Source: Pseudogymnoascus verrucosus (taxonomy: Eukaryota). Taken from it: a DNA stretch of 64,000 nucleotides. The notes beneath the pieces were generated by a model. The model did no database searches, had not been told where the DNA came from, and saw only the letters and a list, made by a program, of their open reading frames with translations. Location: NCBI GenBank assembly GCA_001662655.1, contig KV460208.1. The stretch is one strand, 5' to 3'. Shown piece by piece: positions 27,701 through 39,411 of the stretch; position 1 is the first letter of the stretch; each line of letters starts with the position of its first letter. The translations under genes and the position numbers were made by a program.

Positions 27701-29628
27701 ATTCCCCGGCATTGGCCCCATTGGCCTACCCTGCTGCCCAGGCGGCACGACTCGCTCATTCCACTTTCCAATAACCTCATTCAGCTTGTCTGCAGGTAAT
27801 GCTGAGAGCTTTTGGCGTTGCTCTTGCGTCATGTTGGCGGGAAACATAATGCCGGCGTTCTGTCCATTGCCTCCGGCCCGCTGGTTCATTGCCGCGGCGA
27901 AACGAGGGTCGATAGGCTGTCCGAAGTGTGCTTGTCCAGATTGGTTCAACTGTTGATTCTCTGCTCCAGGATTTTGCTGCGGTGCTCTGACGAGAGGGGC
28001 ATTTAGCGTGTTCATGGCTGGGCTCTGCGCTGGAGGCATGGGTCCCATGCCGCCAGGTTGGCCGTGAAGCCCCATTTGCTGAGCTTTGGCACGAGCCTGG
28101 GCCTGAACTTGTGCCTGAGCGGCTTGGTTTATGCGCTCCTGTTGAGCTTGTTGGGCGTTGAACTGCTGCTGCGCCCTCACATTTGGGTTCTGCGCAACAC
28201 GCTGGTTATTTGGTGTTACACCCTGACCGGGTAGGCCGGTGATCGGTTGGGGTGTGGTATTCCCCTGCTGGGCATTTTGTGGGATTCCGATTTGCCCCGC
28301 CTCCTGAACAAGATTCGCATTCTGGTTTTGTTGGTCCACTCCACCTAAAAAGCCAAAATCGGCACTACCAATCACCTGCTGCTGTGGTTCCTGTGGTTGG
28401 CCTCCGACGGCATTGGGATTTCCCGATCGTTGCTGTTGCATTGGAACCGCAGATTGGGGTCTGTTTGCTGCCATACCTTGGCCCGATTGCTGGTTGGCAA
28501 GTTGCTGTTGCCGTAGCTTTTCCTGTCGTAGGCGACTCACTACCTGGTTGCGATAGTACAAAATCAAGGGATCCATTCCCTGAGCCTGATAGCGGAGCAA
28601 TGTCGCCGGGTCCATTCTTCCCTGCATGTTCATCCGTATGTTATTTTTGTCCTCCTCCGAGGCAGCGGCCATATACCTATTCGTCATCTCGAGCACCATA
28701 GCTTGCTCCGCCGGTGACAACTGAGCTTGCGTGCCTTGCGGGCGATTATTCATACCAGGCTGAGGTTGCTGCTGCGACTGTTGAGATTGTTGCTGTTGCA
28801 TGGGTATCTGGAATTGTGGCTGTGCCTGAGACATGTTTTGAGGCTGCATATTGTTAGCCATCCCCATGCCTCCCTGTTGCGGTTGTGGTTGTTGGACGGG
28901 GAGTGGTGATGCCTGCATCTGATGTTGTAGATGCTGATAGGTTTGCTGGGCCTCCGGTTGGCCCATGTTAGGCCTGCCCATCTGCCCCGGCATGCCTCCT
29001 TGGTTCATCATCCCCATCTGCTGTGCTTGAGCCTGGGCTTGCGCCTGGGCCTGTGCTTGCGCTTGCGCTTGCGCCTGAAGCGCTGCTTGTGCGTTCATTG
29101 ATATTTGGTTTCGTGCCGTCGTTAATTGCCCGAGTTTGTCGCGAAGCTGTGCCAAATATGTATCCTAAATTCCTAGTCAGCAAGTTCCTCGGCGCAAAAA
29201 CCAGTGCTGTTGTAGCTCACTCTATCCGCGGCATTTTCGAAGGCTCCCTTCTCAAAACTCAACGCCAACCCGCACATCTTTTGTATGTCGTTTGCCACAG
29301 TATTGGCATTGGTTAGGCGCAACTGAGTGACACTATGATCTGTTAGTCGTGATGTCCAAGTGTCGGTACGCTCCATCGAATAATGAGAATCGGAGATGAA
29401 TGCAAGTTCCCGAGACACTTACATATGCCACACTTGACCCAAGCGCTCTGTGATCGGAATGTTAGCTCGCCATCCTGATAAGGTGGCCGTCTGTGTCTGT
29501 TGCTGGATGTTCTGAAGGAGCACAGTTTGTATCGCGTTCTGCTGCGCCTGATACTGTGCTTGTGATTGATGCATCATCACTGGATTACCTCCAGCATTCC
29601 CCATCTGCTGGAAGTTGCCTGCCATCAT
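24772..29628 (-). CDS. MED15: Mediator subunit Med15/Gal11-like, Q-rich coactivator; 4 exons
   Basis: N-terminal KIX-like segment (GWRANIPITERLGQV...LSFEKGAFENAADR|DTYLAQL), ~1000 aa Q/P/M-rich body with QA repeat, acidic C-terminus. Three canonical introns join the ORFs in frame. Confidence 0.75.
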
Positions 29629-30446
29629 TTCGACCGATCATATGGCAACCGCCGTGTGTCAAGGCCGTCGGCCAAGGCCCCGCGTCGTTGGACGTATTGT
29701 TTTTCACAGCCGTGGTCGTGAAGAGCGATCGCAAATATCGAGATTCGAAGTTAGGCCGAAGAGCTTGTCAAGGCGAAGATCCGGGATGTTGTAGATGTAG
29801 AAGTCGGGGTTTCTGAAATTGTCCCCTGTCAGCGAAAGGCTCTCTCCACCTACGGAACAACAATAGGCGGCAAACCGTACAATGCCATGCAAGCTGCCTA
29901 TATGACCTCCAACTTATCTCCACATAAGATGACCCAGAGTTTGCTTTTTGCGCGAGAGGCAACCGTCGCTAGGTAGGCGAAAAGTAGGAGCGTTTGAGTA
30001 TGTGTATGTCTGCGTTGTGTGCAGTCGTGGGGTTTCAGCGTCGTAATGGTGAGGTGGACGATGTCGCCAGCGTAACTAACTGCGAGTTTCTGGGATGTAT
30101 TGATCGCACCAGTTGTGACAGGTGACAGAGTGTGTACGGGGGGTCGCTTCGAATCGAAGGGTGCGTTTCGTGGTAGGGCGTATGTGACGATAACAAGACC
30201 GTGACAGCGGCAGAGCGAGCGAGGACGTAGAAGTCGTCGACACCGGTAGAGATAGATGTGTAGGGGAAGAGAGATGATCGTAGATGAGGAACAGAAGATC
30301 TTGGATATGGGTAGTAAGGTAGTAAGGCGGTGCGGCAGAGTACAGCACAGTGACAAGGTGGTGGAGTGGTGGGAGTGGGCGTGGGTGTGGGTAGGGACCT
30401 CAGGAGGCTTAGTTTCGATTTAGTCTCGTTCAGATGGGGTTGAAGA

Positions 30447-30907
30447 GGTGGGTGGTGGGTGGTGGGTGGTGGGTGGTGGGTGGTGGGTGATTGCGGGCAC
30501 GCTGGTCAAGGAAGGGAAGGGAAGAAGGGAAGGGCGAAAGCGAAAGCGAAAGCGAAAGGGCGCAACTGCGCAAGATTGGGTGATACGCAGATTGGCTAGT
30601 CTCATACACATACAAAGTAGACTACTGAGGAAGTACCTACACTAGGATAGTACATACACTTCCACATACAGAAGAGTAGAGGAGGTACTTACTTCGTACT
30701 ATATTGCACTGCTCTTGGTGCTCTAACTACTCTACTATTCTACTACTCTACTATTCTACTAATCTAGTATTCTACTACTCTACTCTACTACTCTACTCTA
30801 CTACTCTACTACTCTACTCTACTCTAATTACTCTACTATACCGCACTTATACTACTCTACTCTACTATACTGCCACTGCCACTGCCACTGCCACTGCCAC
30901 TGCCACT
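30447..30907. repeat. Microsatellite cluster: (GGTGGTG)n, (GCGAAA)4, (TACTC/CTA)n, (ACTGCC)n
   Basis: Directly visible tandem units at 30447-30489, 30534-30557, ~30725-30867 and 30868-30907. Confidence 0.9.
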
Positions 30908-33900
30908 TCTACAACTCTAGACGACGAGGCTAACGAATCGAGTGGATAGAAGCTTCTATTGTTATACTCACTCACGAGTACTCCACAGTATGTACATACA
31001 ATCTCTGTGTATACCCTCACCAGTACCACACCACAGCAATGCACCTACATACCTTCGCAAGTACGGCTCCAAGTACGGCGTCTACTACAATATACATCCT
31101 CCCAACTCACAATGTTATTCCAGATTGTCTCGACCCCTTCCATCTCCGTTCTCTCTACTACGCCAATTCCTCTTTCCTGTCCCGCTGTCTGTGTTATCAA
31201 GGTTTGTTTGTTTGTTTGTGGTTGGTTTGAGTGTGAGACCTGGGTTCACTCTGCCACAGATCAGTACTTACTCTGACAGATCCCCCTTTGCATTTGGCAT
31301 ATCTCAAAGGTCCATCCCAATCTCAAAAGCATGAGGCCGCCCTTGTATTCTCCACGATGCAAGTTCCATTCGGGTCCCCCCCAGCGCAGATCCAACCCGG
31401 GCCATACTGACTACAGACGACAGAACAGTAATCGTAGAGCGAGGGGGTATCTATCGCTACACCGACTAGACTCCATATGAGAGGGGAGCAATCATAGGGC
31501 GAGGGGTATCGCTACACTGGCCTCCGTATGAGAGGGGAATAGAGCAAGATCTATTCCGAAAGGCTTCACATCTATCTTCCCGCAGTGTAGCAGGACTGAA
31601 TCATGGTATCTCCTCGTCGTACCATACATAACCGACCCCCCCCCCCCATCGCAGGCCGAGTCGCACAAAACATTCCCAGCCGACCAAGGTAGGTGCCTGA
31701 TGATCGACTTTGGGCGTTCGCCGCTGAAAGAGGGACTTCCCTTCTTCAACGACGCTGGTGTTACTCACATTTGGGGCTCCAACCCAGACGAGCCACGATA
31801 CGTGCCAAACACCAATCACCCGCATAAGATCGCATGTCTAAGCCCTCGACATGCAAAATTTTCCTCTCCTCCAGCTATGCTGACAGTAAAGTCAACGGCT
31901 TCATAGGAGGGGGACTTCCACTGTACTTTCACTTCAGTTCAGTGGTGCAGTAGTAGTGGTTGCTAGAAGAGTCGTGACACGACAATCATTGCGGTTTGCA
32001 AGGGTTGGGAGTACTTGGAGGTGGAAGCCGCTCCAATTGCGCGTTAGTTGGATCTGGTGGTGTTCTCGTGCTGCAGGAATAGCCCATGGGCTACCTACGC
32101 TTCTTCCCTGCCACCCCTGCCTTGCGCACCTTGTCTCTGGGTGTGGTATCTGGGGTGGCTGCCACGGTTTGTCCGTGCAGAAAAGGGTCAGCCAGACAGA
32201 CCTTGCCCCCAGCCCAGCCCAGCCATCCTTCCCGCCTTCAATTGTGAGTCCTCGCCGATGGGTGGGTTACTCCTAACTTTGCCGCAACTTAACACGTACC
32301 TGACGCCCCGGCATGGATATTCTCCTTTTTTTTTGCTCTTCTGATGAAATGGCCGCGCAGCAAAAGAGAGAACGTTTATTTGGGGGAGGCAGAGCCGGGA
32401 GAGCCACAGATTAGGAGACATGGGAGGCAGGCATGGGAGGCAGGGTACTGTTGGTCTCAGACAGACTGGACGAGGGTGACGGGGCCAATGGAATGGCTGG
32501 CAATCGTCCCCTCCTGTCCCCTTGGCACACCTTGGGAACATCAAACATCCAAGTAGCACAAGCGCAGCCCAAAGCGATTTCAAGCCATTTCCTAGATTGG
32601 GTATGGTGCGGTGGATGGAGCAGATCGAATTAACAGGGCATGAAATTATTGTTGAGAGACATGTAAAATATCGATTGAAATACTTGGTAATTGTTATGCG
32701 CGCGACGAAAGAGAACGGACGATCGGGGGTTGGATGACCAGGTCAGCGACGGGGGGGGAAGAACAGACGAGGAAAATATTTATCTCTGGACTGCCTAGCT
32801 GGCTGGCTGGCGGGGGGTGGGGGTGGGGGGTTGGTAGGTGACAGTGGGTGACAGCGCATGCGCCCTCGAGGGAGAGGGACTGCGGTCAGTCCTAATCGAG
32901 GCAAGGACACAAGTAATAAATAGACGGGGACATCGATCCCGCGGCGGCAACGAAGGCTCAACGGACAGTCGCTATAGGCGCAAAGTATGATGTGGATACA
33001 TGGGATTAGTCGCGCGACATGTAGGCGAAACAAAGTACGAGTAGTAACTAACTGTACATGCACGAAGAGAGGAGACAGTTAGTTGTTGCTCTCTCCTTTT
33101 TACACGCGAAACTCCTCAGCTAACTTAGAAACCCCATCGTCTCTCCTATCCCATCCATCTACACTCGCTTCAAGTTGCAATATCAACGCCCACCCACCCA
33201 ATACCCAAAAAGCCAATACTACTCCACCCCCTTAGCGTTCCGGTCAGGACAAGTCGCGCCAACCTCTACACTAACTCCTAACACCCCTAACACTCCTAAC
33301 ACTCCCTACTAATGGCTACCCAGCAAAAGAGGTTGGCGCTGGCGCGGACGGCAGTCGGGTGCATTTTAGTGGACGAGGCAGCCAACCAGCGGTGGGCGAA
33401 AGACGTTTTTTGGGATTGAGATTGGGCGAGCGAGCCGGAGGGGGACAAGGGGGGGCGGTGACGGGAAAGGTAATGACGGCGGGGACCAGGCGATGGGGCG
33501 GGTGTGGGCCATGGTTGGGGGGGTACACACGCACGCACGCTGGTGGTGGATGTCGTGAAGTTCGTAGGCGCAGGGCAGTGGTTTTAAACTGCTGTGAGAT
33601 TGATCTGGATTGTTGTTTCTGTGCTTGGAATTGTATCTTGCCACACAGCTAGAAAATAAATAGTCAGAGGTGGATTGTTTTTTGGCCAGCGTCAAGGTTC
33701 TTTTGTGAGATGTATATGTATAGCAGTGCCAATTAAGGTTGGGGAGGCAGGGCCGCCGGTACTTGAGCGCTGGTGCAGCGGACACCTCGCAAGTTACGGG
33801 TACTGAGTAATCTACACTCTATCCAGCACAGGATTGTAGAGTACCGTGATTGTGACGGTAGAACGAGAGTACGGTTACAGCAGCGGCACATGATTTAGAG

Positions 33901-35145
33901 GACACGGGAGAAACTGCACCGAAAATCTATATACTGAGGTGCAGCACTATAGAATACATAGAGTACTCTCTAACAAGTATCGCACACACACATCTTGTTT
34001 CTACAATGTGTCCTTCAGTATGCCTCCCATCCATCCATGTAGTCGTCGTCCACTGCGAAAATTCAACAAGGCGACAACGAGAAGGGAGGAAAGGAACGAA
34101 GAAGGGGGACGCTGGACCCACCAATAATATCGCCAGCCCATGTCAGGCTGGCACCTCACTCACTCTCCCCGGCCTCAACCACTCACACCGACTACTCCCC
34201 CATCCCCCCCCCAGTCCAAATTACTTTCGTACCTGGGCCCTCACGTGGCGGGTACCGGGAATAGCAAATGCGGGGAGGTAGGGAGGGAGGCGGGCAGATG
34301 GGGGGTGGGTGAGATCTCTAGGTCCCCGTCGTCGTTGTTATTGTTGTTGCTGGAATTGAGGGCGCGATGACAACTAGGGATATTAGTTACGCGTAACCAG
34401 AGAGAGGATAGGGGAATTACGGTATATAGGAATTGGCATTGCGCCCCTCCTTTGGAGCTGTGAGCAGTTGGCGGTATTACGAGAGGGAAAAGAGTATTTG
34501 GCATTCCTCTCTTCCTCAGGATTGAGGGCTGCACGGCCAACGTACAGTATGCCACGGAAGTTGTATGGGATGTGTTTGAGACATGTTGGTTCTGTACCAA
34601 CACGGTGTGACCTTGTTCTGCATATTTGAAGCGCCCAGATGGTGGTGGGCGAGTACGAACGCCTCTGAACGAGATTTCTATATTTTTATGTTGCCTTTCG
34701 AGTCGATTTGCTGGTTTGGGGTGAGTGACACGGTGTGAGGAAATGATGTTTATTTGCTTGGCTTTGGGGATACGTTTGGCGATTGACTCTCCCAAATCGT
34801 GAAATCGTAGTCAATCTCACAGTAAGTATAGTACGGTACAAACCCTCCACGGCAACAATAAATACCAAATCCCCCTAGATGAAATGAAATGAAATGAATT
34901 CCACCCGGCCGCGCGTTAAAATTCTCACGATTTATTTCCCATTCCCACACATTATGCAACGCTCCAATGCAACCTACCACGTTCATATTTCTCGTCACAT
35001 CTGAATACCCCAAAGCGTCCTAGCGCCCTAGCCACCCCTCTCGGTTCGATCGCCAAGTGCGGCCACCACTCAACACCAGGCTCGTCCACAGCCTTACCCC
35101 AACTCCCCCACCGCTCACCATCGGCTTTAGAACCTCGTGATCTAA

Positions 35146-36857
35146 ATGTCCCTCCTCCGGACGGCCAAACCCACATCTTCACTCCTCCTCAGCTTCAGGA
35201 ATCCCAATCTCGCGCTCAGGACTGCTAGAGTTACAATCAGACCTTTCTCAACTACCCTTCTCACTCCCCAGAAACAAGACGCCATGGCTTCTGCTGCTAG
35301 GGTCGATGACTTCCTCGACTTCGTTGGGTCGTCTCCAACGCGTTAGTTGCAGCACTTCCTCCTCAACCACTTCCCCCACTGACACAACTCCCAGCATTCC
35401 ACGCCGTCCAATCCGCCATCAAGCGCCTCGAAGCCTCAGGTTTCAAACCAATCCAAGAGCGCGAATCCTGGTCCACCACCCTGCAACCCGGCGGAAAGTA
35501 CTACCTAACCCGCAACGGCTCCTCCATCGTCGCCTTCGCCATCGGCGCAAAATGGAAATCCGGAAACCCCATCGCCATGATCGGCGCACACACCGACTCA
35601 CCCACCCTGCGCCTCAAGCCCGTTAGCAAGAAGACCAACTCGGGCTTCCTCCAGATCGGCGTCGAGACGTATGGCGGGGGGATCTGGCATACGTGGTTTG
35701 ATCGCGATCTGAGCATTGCGGGGAGAGTCATGGTGAGGGATAAGGAGGGCAACTTTGTCCAGACGCTGGTTAAAGTTGATCGGCCAATCGTGCGGATCCC
35801 GACGCTGGCGATCCATTTAGACAGGTCATCAGAGTTCAACCCAAACAAGGAGACGGAACTCTTCCCCATCGCCGGCCTCGTCGCCGCAGAACTCAACCGA
35901 ACGGGCGTTAAGCCCGACGAGAAGAAATCGGAGTCCGAGGCGGGCGAGGACTCGCACGCTTCCCCCCTCCGCGCCATGACCGAGCGCCACCACCCCTACA
36001 TCATGGAGATCATCGCCGAGCACGCCGGTGTTGCAGTCCAAGACGTAATCGACTTCGAGCTCGTCCTCTACGACACCCAGCCCCCCTGCCGCGGCGGCCT
36101 CAACAACGAACTCATCTACTCCGCGCGCCTCGACAACCTCGAGATGACCTACTGCGCCGTCCTCGGGCTCATCGAGTCCCTCTCCTCCCCCTCAGCGCTC
36201 GACGACGAATCCTCCATCCGTCTAATCGCCTGCTTCGACCACGAGGAGATCGGGAGCACGACCGCGCAGGGCGCGGCGTCGAATCTGCTCCCTGCTGTGC
36301 TCCGCCGGCTCAGCGTGTTGCCAGCTCACGAGTCGGGGAGCGAGGTCTCGTATGAGAAGGTGCGCAGGGAGTCGGATGCGGATATCTCGACGGCGTATGA
36401 GCAGACTCTCGCGTCGTCGTTTTTGATCTCAGCCGATATGGCGCATTCTGTCAACCCCAACTATGCGCAGAAATACGAGTCCGATCATAGGCCGGAGATG
36501 AATAAGGGGACGGTTATTAAGATTAATGCTAATGCGAGGTATGCTACTAGCTCGCCGGGGATTGTGTTGTTGCAGGAGATGGCACGCAAGGCGAAGTCGG
36601 GCGGTAAGACGGAGGGGGAGGGGGGTGTGCCGCTGCAGTTGTTTGTGGTAAGGAATGATTCCTCGTGTGGAAGCACGATTGGTCCTATGCTGTCTGCGGC
36701 TCTGGGAACGAGGACCCTGGATCTGGGGAATGCGCAGTTGAGTATGCATAGTGTGAGGGAGTGTGGCGGGGCGGAGGATATTGAGCATGCGGTCAGGTTG
36801 TTTGAGAGTTTCTTTGAGAACTTCTCCGCGCTGGAGGGGAAGATCTTGGTGGATTAG
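35146..36857 (+). CDS. APE4: Aspartyl aminopeptidase (peptidase M18); 2 exons; second in-frame ATG at 35284
   Basis: IGAHTDSP, ETYGGGIWHTWFDRDL, RLDNL, FDHEEIGS, SADMAHSVNPNY, CGSTIGP, LSMHSVRE. Intron 35342-35394. Confidence 0.93.
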
Positions 36858-37254
36858 ATGGTTAGCGGGGGAGGCGGGGTGTGCTAGTGGCGGGGGAGGA
36901 GGTGAGGCGGTAAGTGTCGATGGTGACTGCTCCATCGTCGCCGCTATCTTCCAAGTATCGCAGTAGCGCAAGCTTCTCTCCAAACAAAAATTAAATCTTT
37001 TTTCTACCCCCATATTGCATGTATTCTCATTTCCGGTGCAATTACTACTCCATTCCATAGTACCTCCCCCATTCCCGCCTTACGTAAATCCAAACCCCCT
37101 TACTTCCAGCCACCACCCACACCTCTCTCTCTCGTACCCCTTCCCAAAGCCCCTCCATCAGTCTACCTCCACCAACTAACCACCCCCCCCATCCCCCCTT
37201 CTCCTCAGGAAAACTCCCATTTATCCCACCCTATGAGTACCCATGAAATAGTTA

Positions 37255-37565
37255 AATATGGAAGGCACGGTCTATTAAATATGGAAGGAACGGCCGACTC
37301 CAGACGGAAGGAACTACCGACGACCGGCTTCAGAAGGAAGGAACGGCTGGCTTTAGGGGGAAGGAACGACCCTTGAAAATATTTTAAATAGGGAAAGGAC
37401 AACTGACTCCAAAGGAAGGAACGACTGGGTAAAAATAGAAGGAGCGACTGACATCAGAGGGAAGGAGCGACCCTTGAAATAGGGAAGGAACGGCCGACTC
37501 TAGAGGGAAGGAACGACCGACTTGAGAAGGAAGGAACGTACAGTGTAACAAGGGAAGGAGCGACA
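37255..37565. repeat. Degenerate ~23-bp minisatellite with core GGAAGGA(A/G)CG
   Basis: About 13 cores at ~37260, 37283, 37306, 37336, 37359, 37392, 37414, 37438, 37460, 37483, 37506, 37529 and 37553. Confidence 0.8.
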
Positions 37566-38092
37566 TATACCTGTTCCATCATTGAAGCTATCTAAATCCG
37601 GTGTTTAGTAACGTTGGCGTACCTTATTTTTAGGTTTCGGCACTTATCACAATGCCGCCGCTAGCAAAGGGGCCGCACCTTCGATGACTTAATCGTTTGT
37701 AAACTTAGGAGTAAGTGCTTATTTAATAGTATTTATTACTTGTCGGTGGTTTTATGTGTCTATTAAACGTCCTTTTGTTTATTTTTATTGTTTATTATTT
37801 TTCTGTCAATATTTCGGAGATGTTTTTATAGCGTCAACCACCAACTAGTCTTCCAAAAGACACAAGATGCAACAATGCAGATCACCCATGAGCCTGGGAC
37901 ATTACTATCGAACCAATGGCCATTTAATTTCGACCTTTGACTCTATTCGACCTTTCCCAACCCTTCTTATGTAACTTAATCCTCATAAATGGGCTGGACT
38001 CGCTTGGCGCGGGGATTAGCCCAGTCCCAAGACCCCTTGGCAATGCTTCTTCAAAGACCAGTCTCACCCATCGACCACAACTCCCAGCGCCT

Positions 38093-38944
38093 TCATCCTC
38101 TCTTCCTCAGCACTGAAATAACAAGCCAGCGCTTCCTCTCCGTATCCGTCACACCTTCAAACTTTCTTTCAGTGACCCATTCCCTTTCGCGCCCTTCCGG
38201 GTCCCTCTCAACTATTGATTCCACCTCCATACCGTGCTCAGTGAGCAATGCGGCGTTATAAAAACCAGCCATCTTTTCCCTACCAGAGTGGAAGCCGGAG
38301 ACCACCCAAGCCTTTCCACCAGGATTTAGAAACCAGGCTATGCTTTTCATCAACTCCTTATGCTGCCATGGCATCCACAGGCAATCGGCGACCAGGATAA
38401 CGTCAAAGCTACCCTTGTGGCCCTGCACGAAACTGTCATCCTCAGACAATCTCCCCCACTCGTGACCTTCTACAAGACAAGTTGCTGGTTTCCCTTCCCT
38501 CCCTATCCTCATCTCTTCCGGTAAGTTCACCTCCACATTCTTCCTGACATTCGCCACGACCTCGGGCGCCGGATAATCAGTGATAACCACACTTTCCGCC
38601 CCCGCCCTCGCCGCCACAATCCCCGAAAGTCCGGTCCCCGCGCCCAGCTCGAGCACCTTCTTCCCCCTCACATCCCAGTCCCCCTCCTCCTCGATGAACT
38701 CCGCCAGCTGGATCCCAGCGTTCCATAGGAAGTGGGAAAAGAGTTTGCGGTTATCGGCGCCCTGGGGATCGGCCAGCTCGAGCTTGATGTCGCCGAAGCG
38801 AGGTGATTGGTAGATTACGGCGTGGTCGAGGTCGCCGTGCTGGTTGGTGATGTCGTCCGGGAAGATTACGCCCAGAGATTGACCCAAGTAGTCTTCTGGG
38901 TCTGTGGTTTCGGGGCCGGAGAGGCGGATCTTGTCGGTCAACAT
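38093..38944 (-). CDS. EFM7: Efm7/Nnt1-family SAM-dependent protein lysine/N-terminal methyltransferase
   Basis: LFSHFLWNAG, motif I VLELGAGTGL, VVITDYP, EGHEWG, ILVADCLW. Intronless; ATG at 38944. Confidence 0.8.
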   Translation of the reverse strand: MLTDKIRLSGPETTDPEDYLGQSLGVIFPDDITNQHGDLDHAVIYQSPRFGDIKLELADPQGADNRKLFSHFLWNAGIQLAEFIEEEGDWDVRGKKVLELGAGTGLSGIVAARAGAESVVITDYPAPEVVANVRKNVEVNLPEEMRIGREGKPATCLVEGHEWGRLSEDDSFVQGHKGSFDVILVADCLWMPWQHKELMKSIAWFLNPGGKAWVVSGFHSGREKMAGFYNAALLTEHGMEVESIVERDPEGREREWVTERKFEGVTDTERKRWLVISVLRKRG

Positions 38945-39411
38945 TGTTTTGGGCGCGCGCACTCAGATATATGCCAAATTTGATGCCCAACACTCAGATT
39001 TGAGATAAGACTCGTGCTTCCCCGCGCGACACTCTAACTGGATTTTGAAAACGGAGGGTGTGAAGTGTTGGGACTCAGATTTAGGATCATGTAGTTTCAA
39101 ATACGATAATATATGGAAAAAGTCCTTGTGGAAAAAATATAATGTTACTCACGTTACCGCCTGGAAGTAATTTTGCGTTAATTGTCATCTGCTCCATGGT
39201 GCCGATAACGAATATTGTGCCTGGTCTCACCGCCCGCCCAACTCCACATCGGGATTAGCGCATGCGAGGGCCGCATCATCGAGTCTCCCCTTTAGCACCG
39301 TCATGTCCGCAATCGTTCCCCATATCGCAATCTCAAAAATACGATGTGTACTCCGCGGTCTTAGACAAGAAACAAAAATTACGGATGATATAACAAGCAA
39401 CGGGACACACG

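Noticed and set aside
37255..37565. CRISPR-like repeat/spacer appearance
   Set aside because: Eukaryotic context, cores only ~10 nt and degenerate, spacers ~13 nt and partly repeated, no cas genes.
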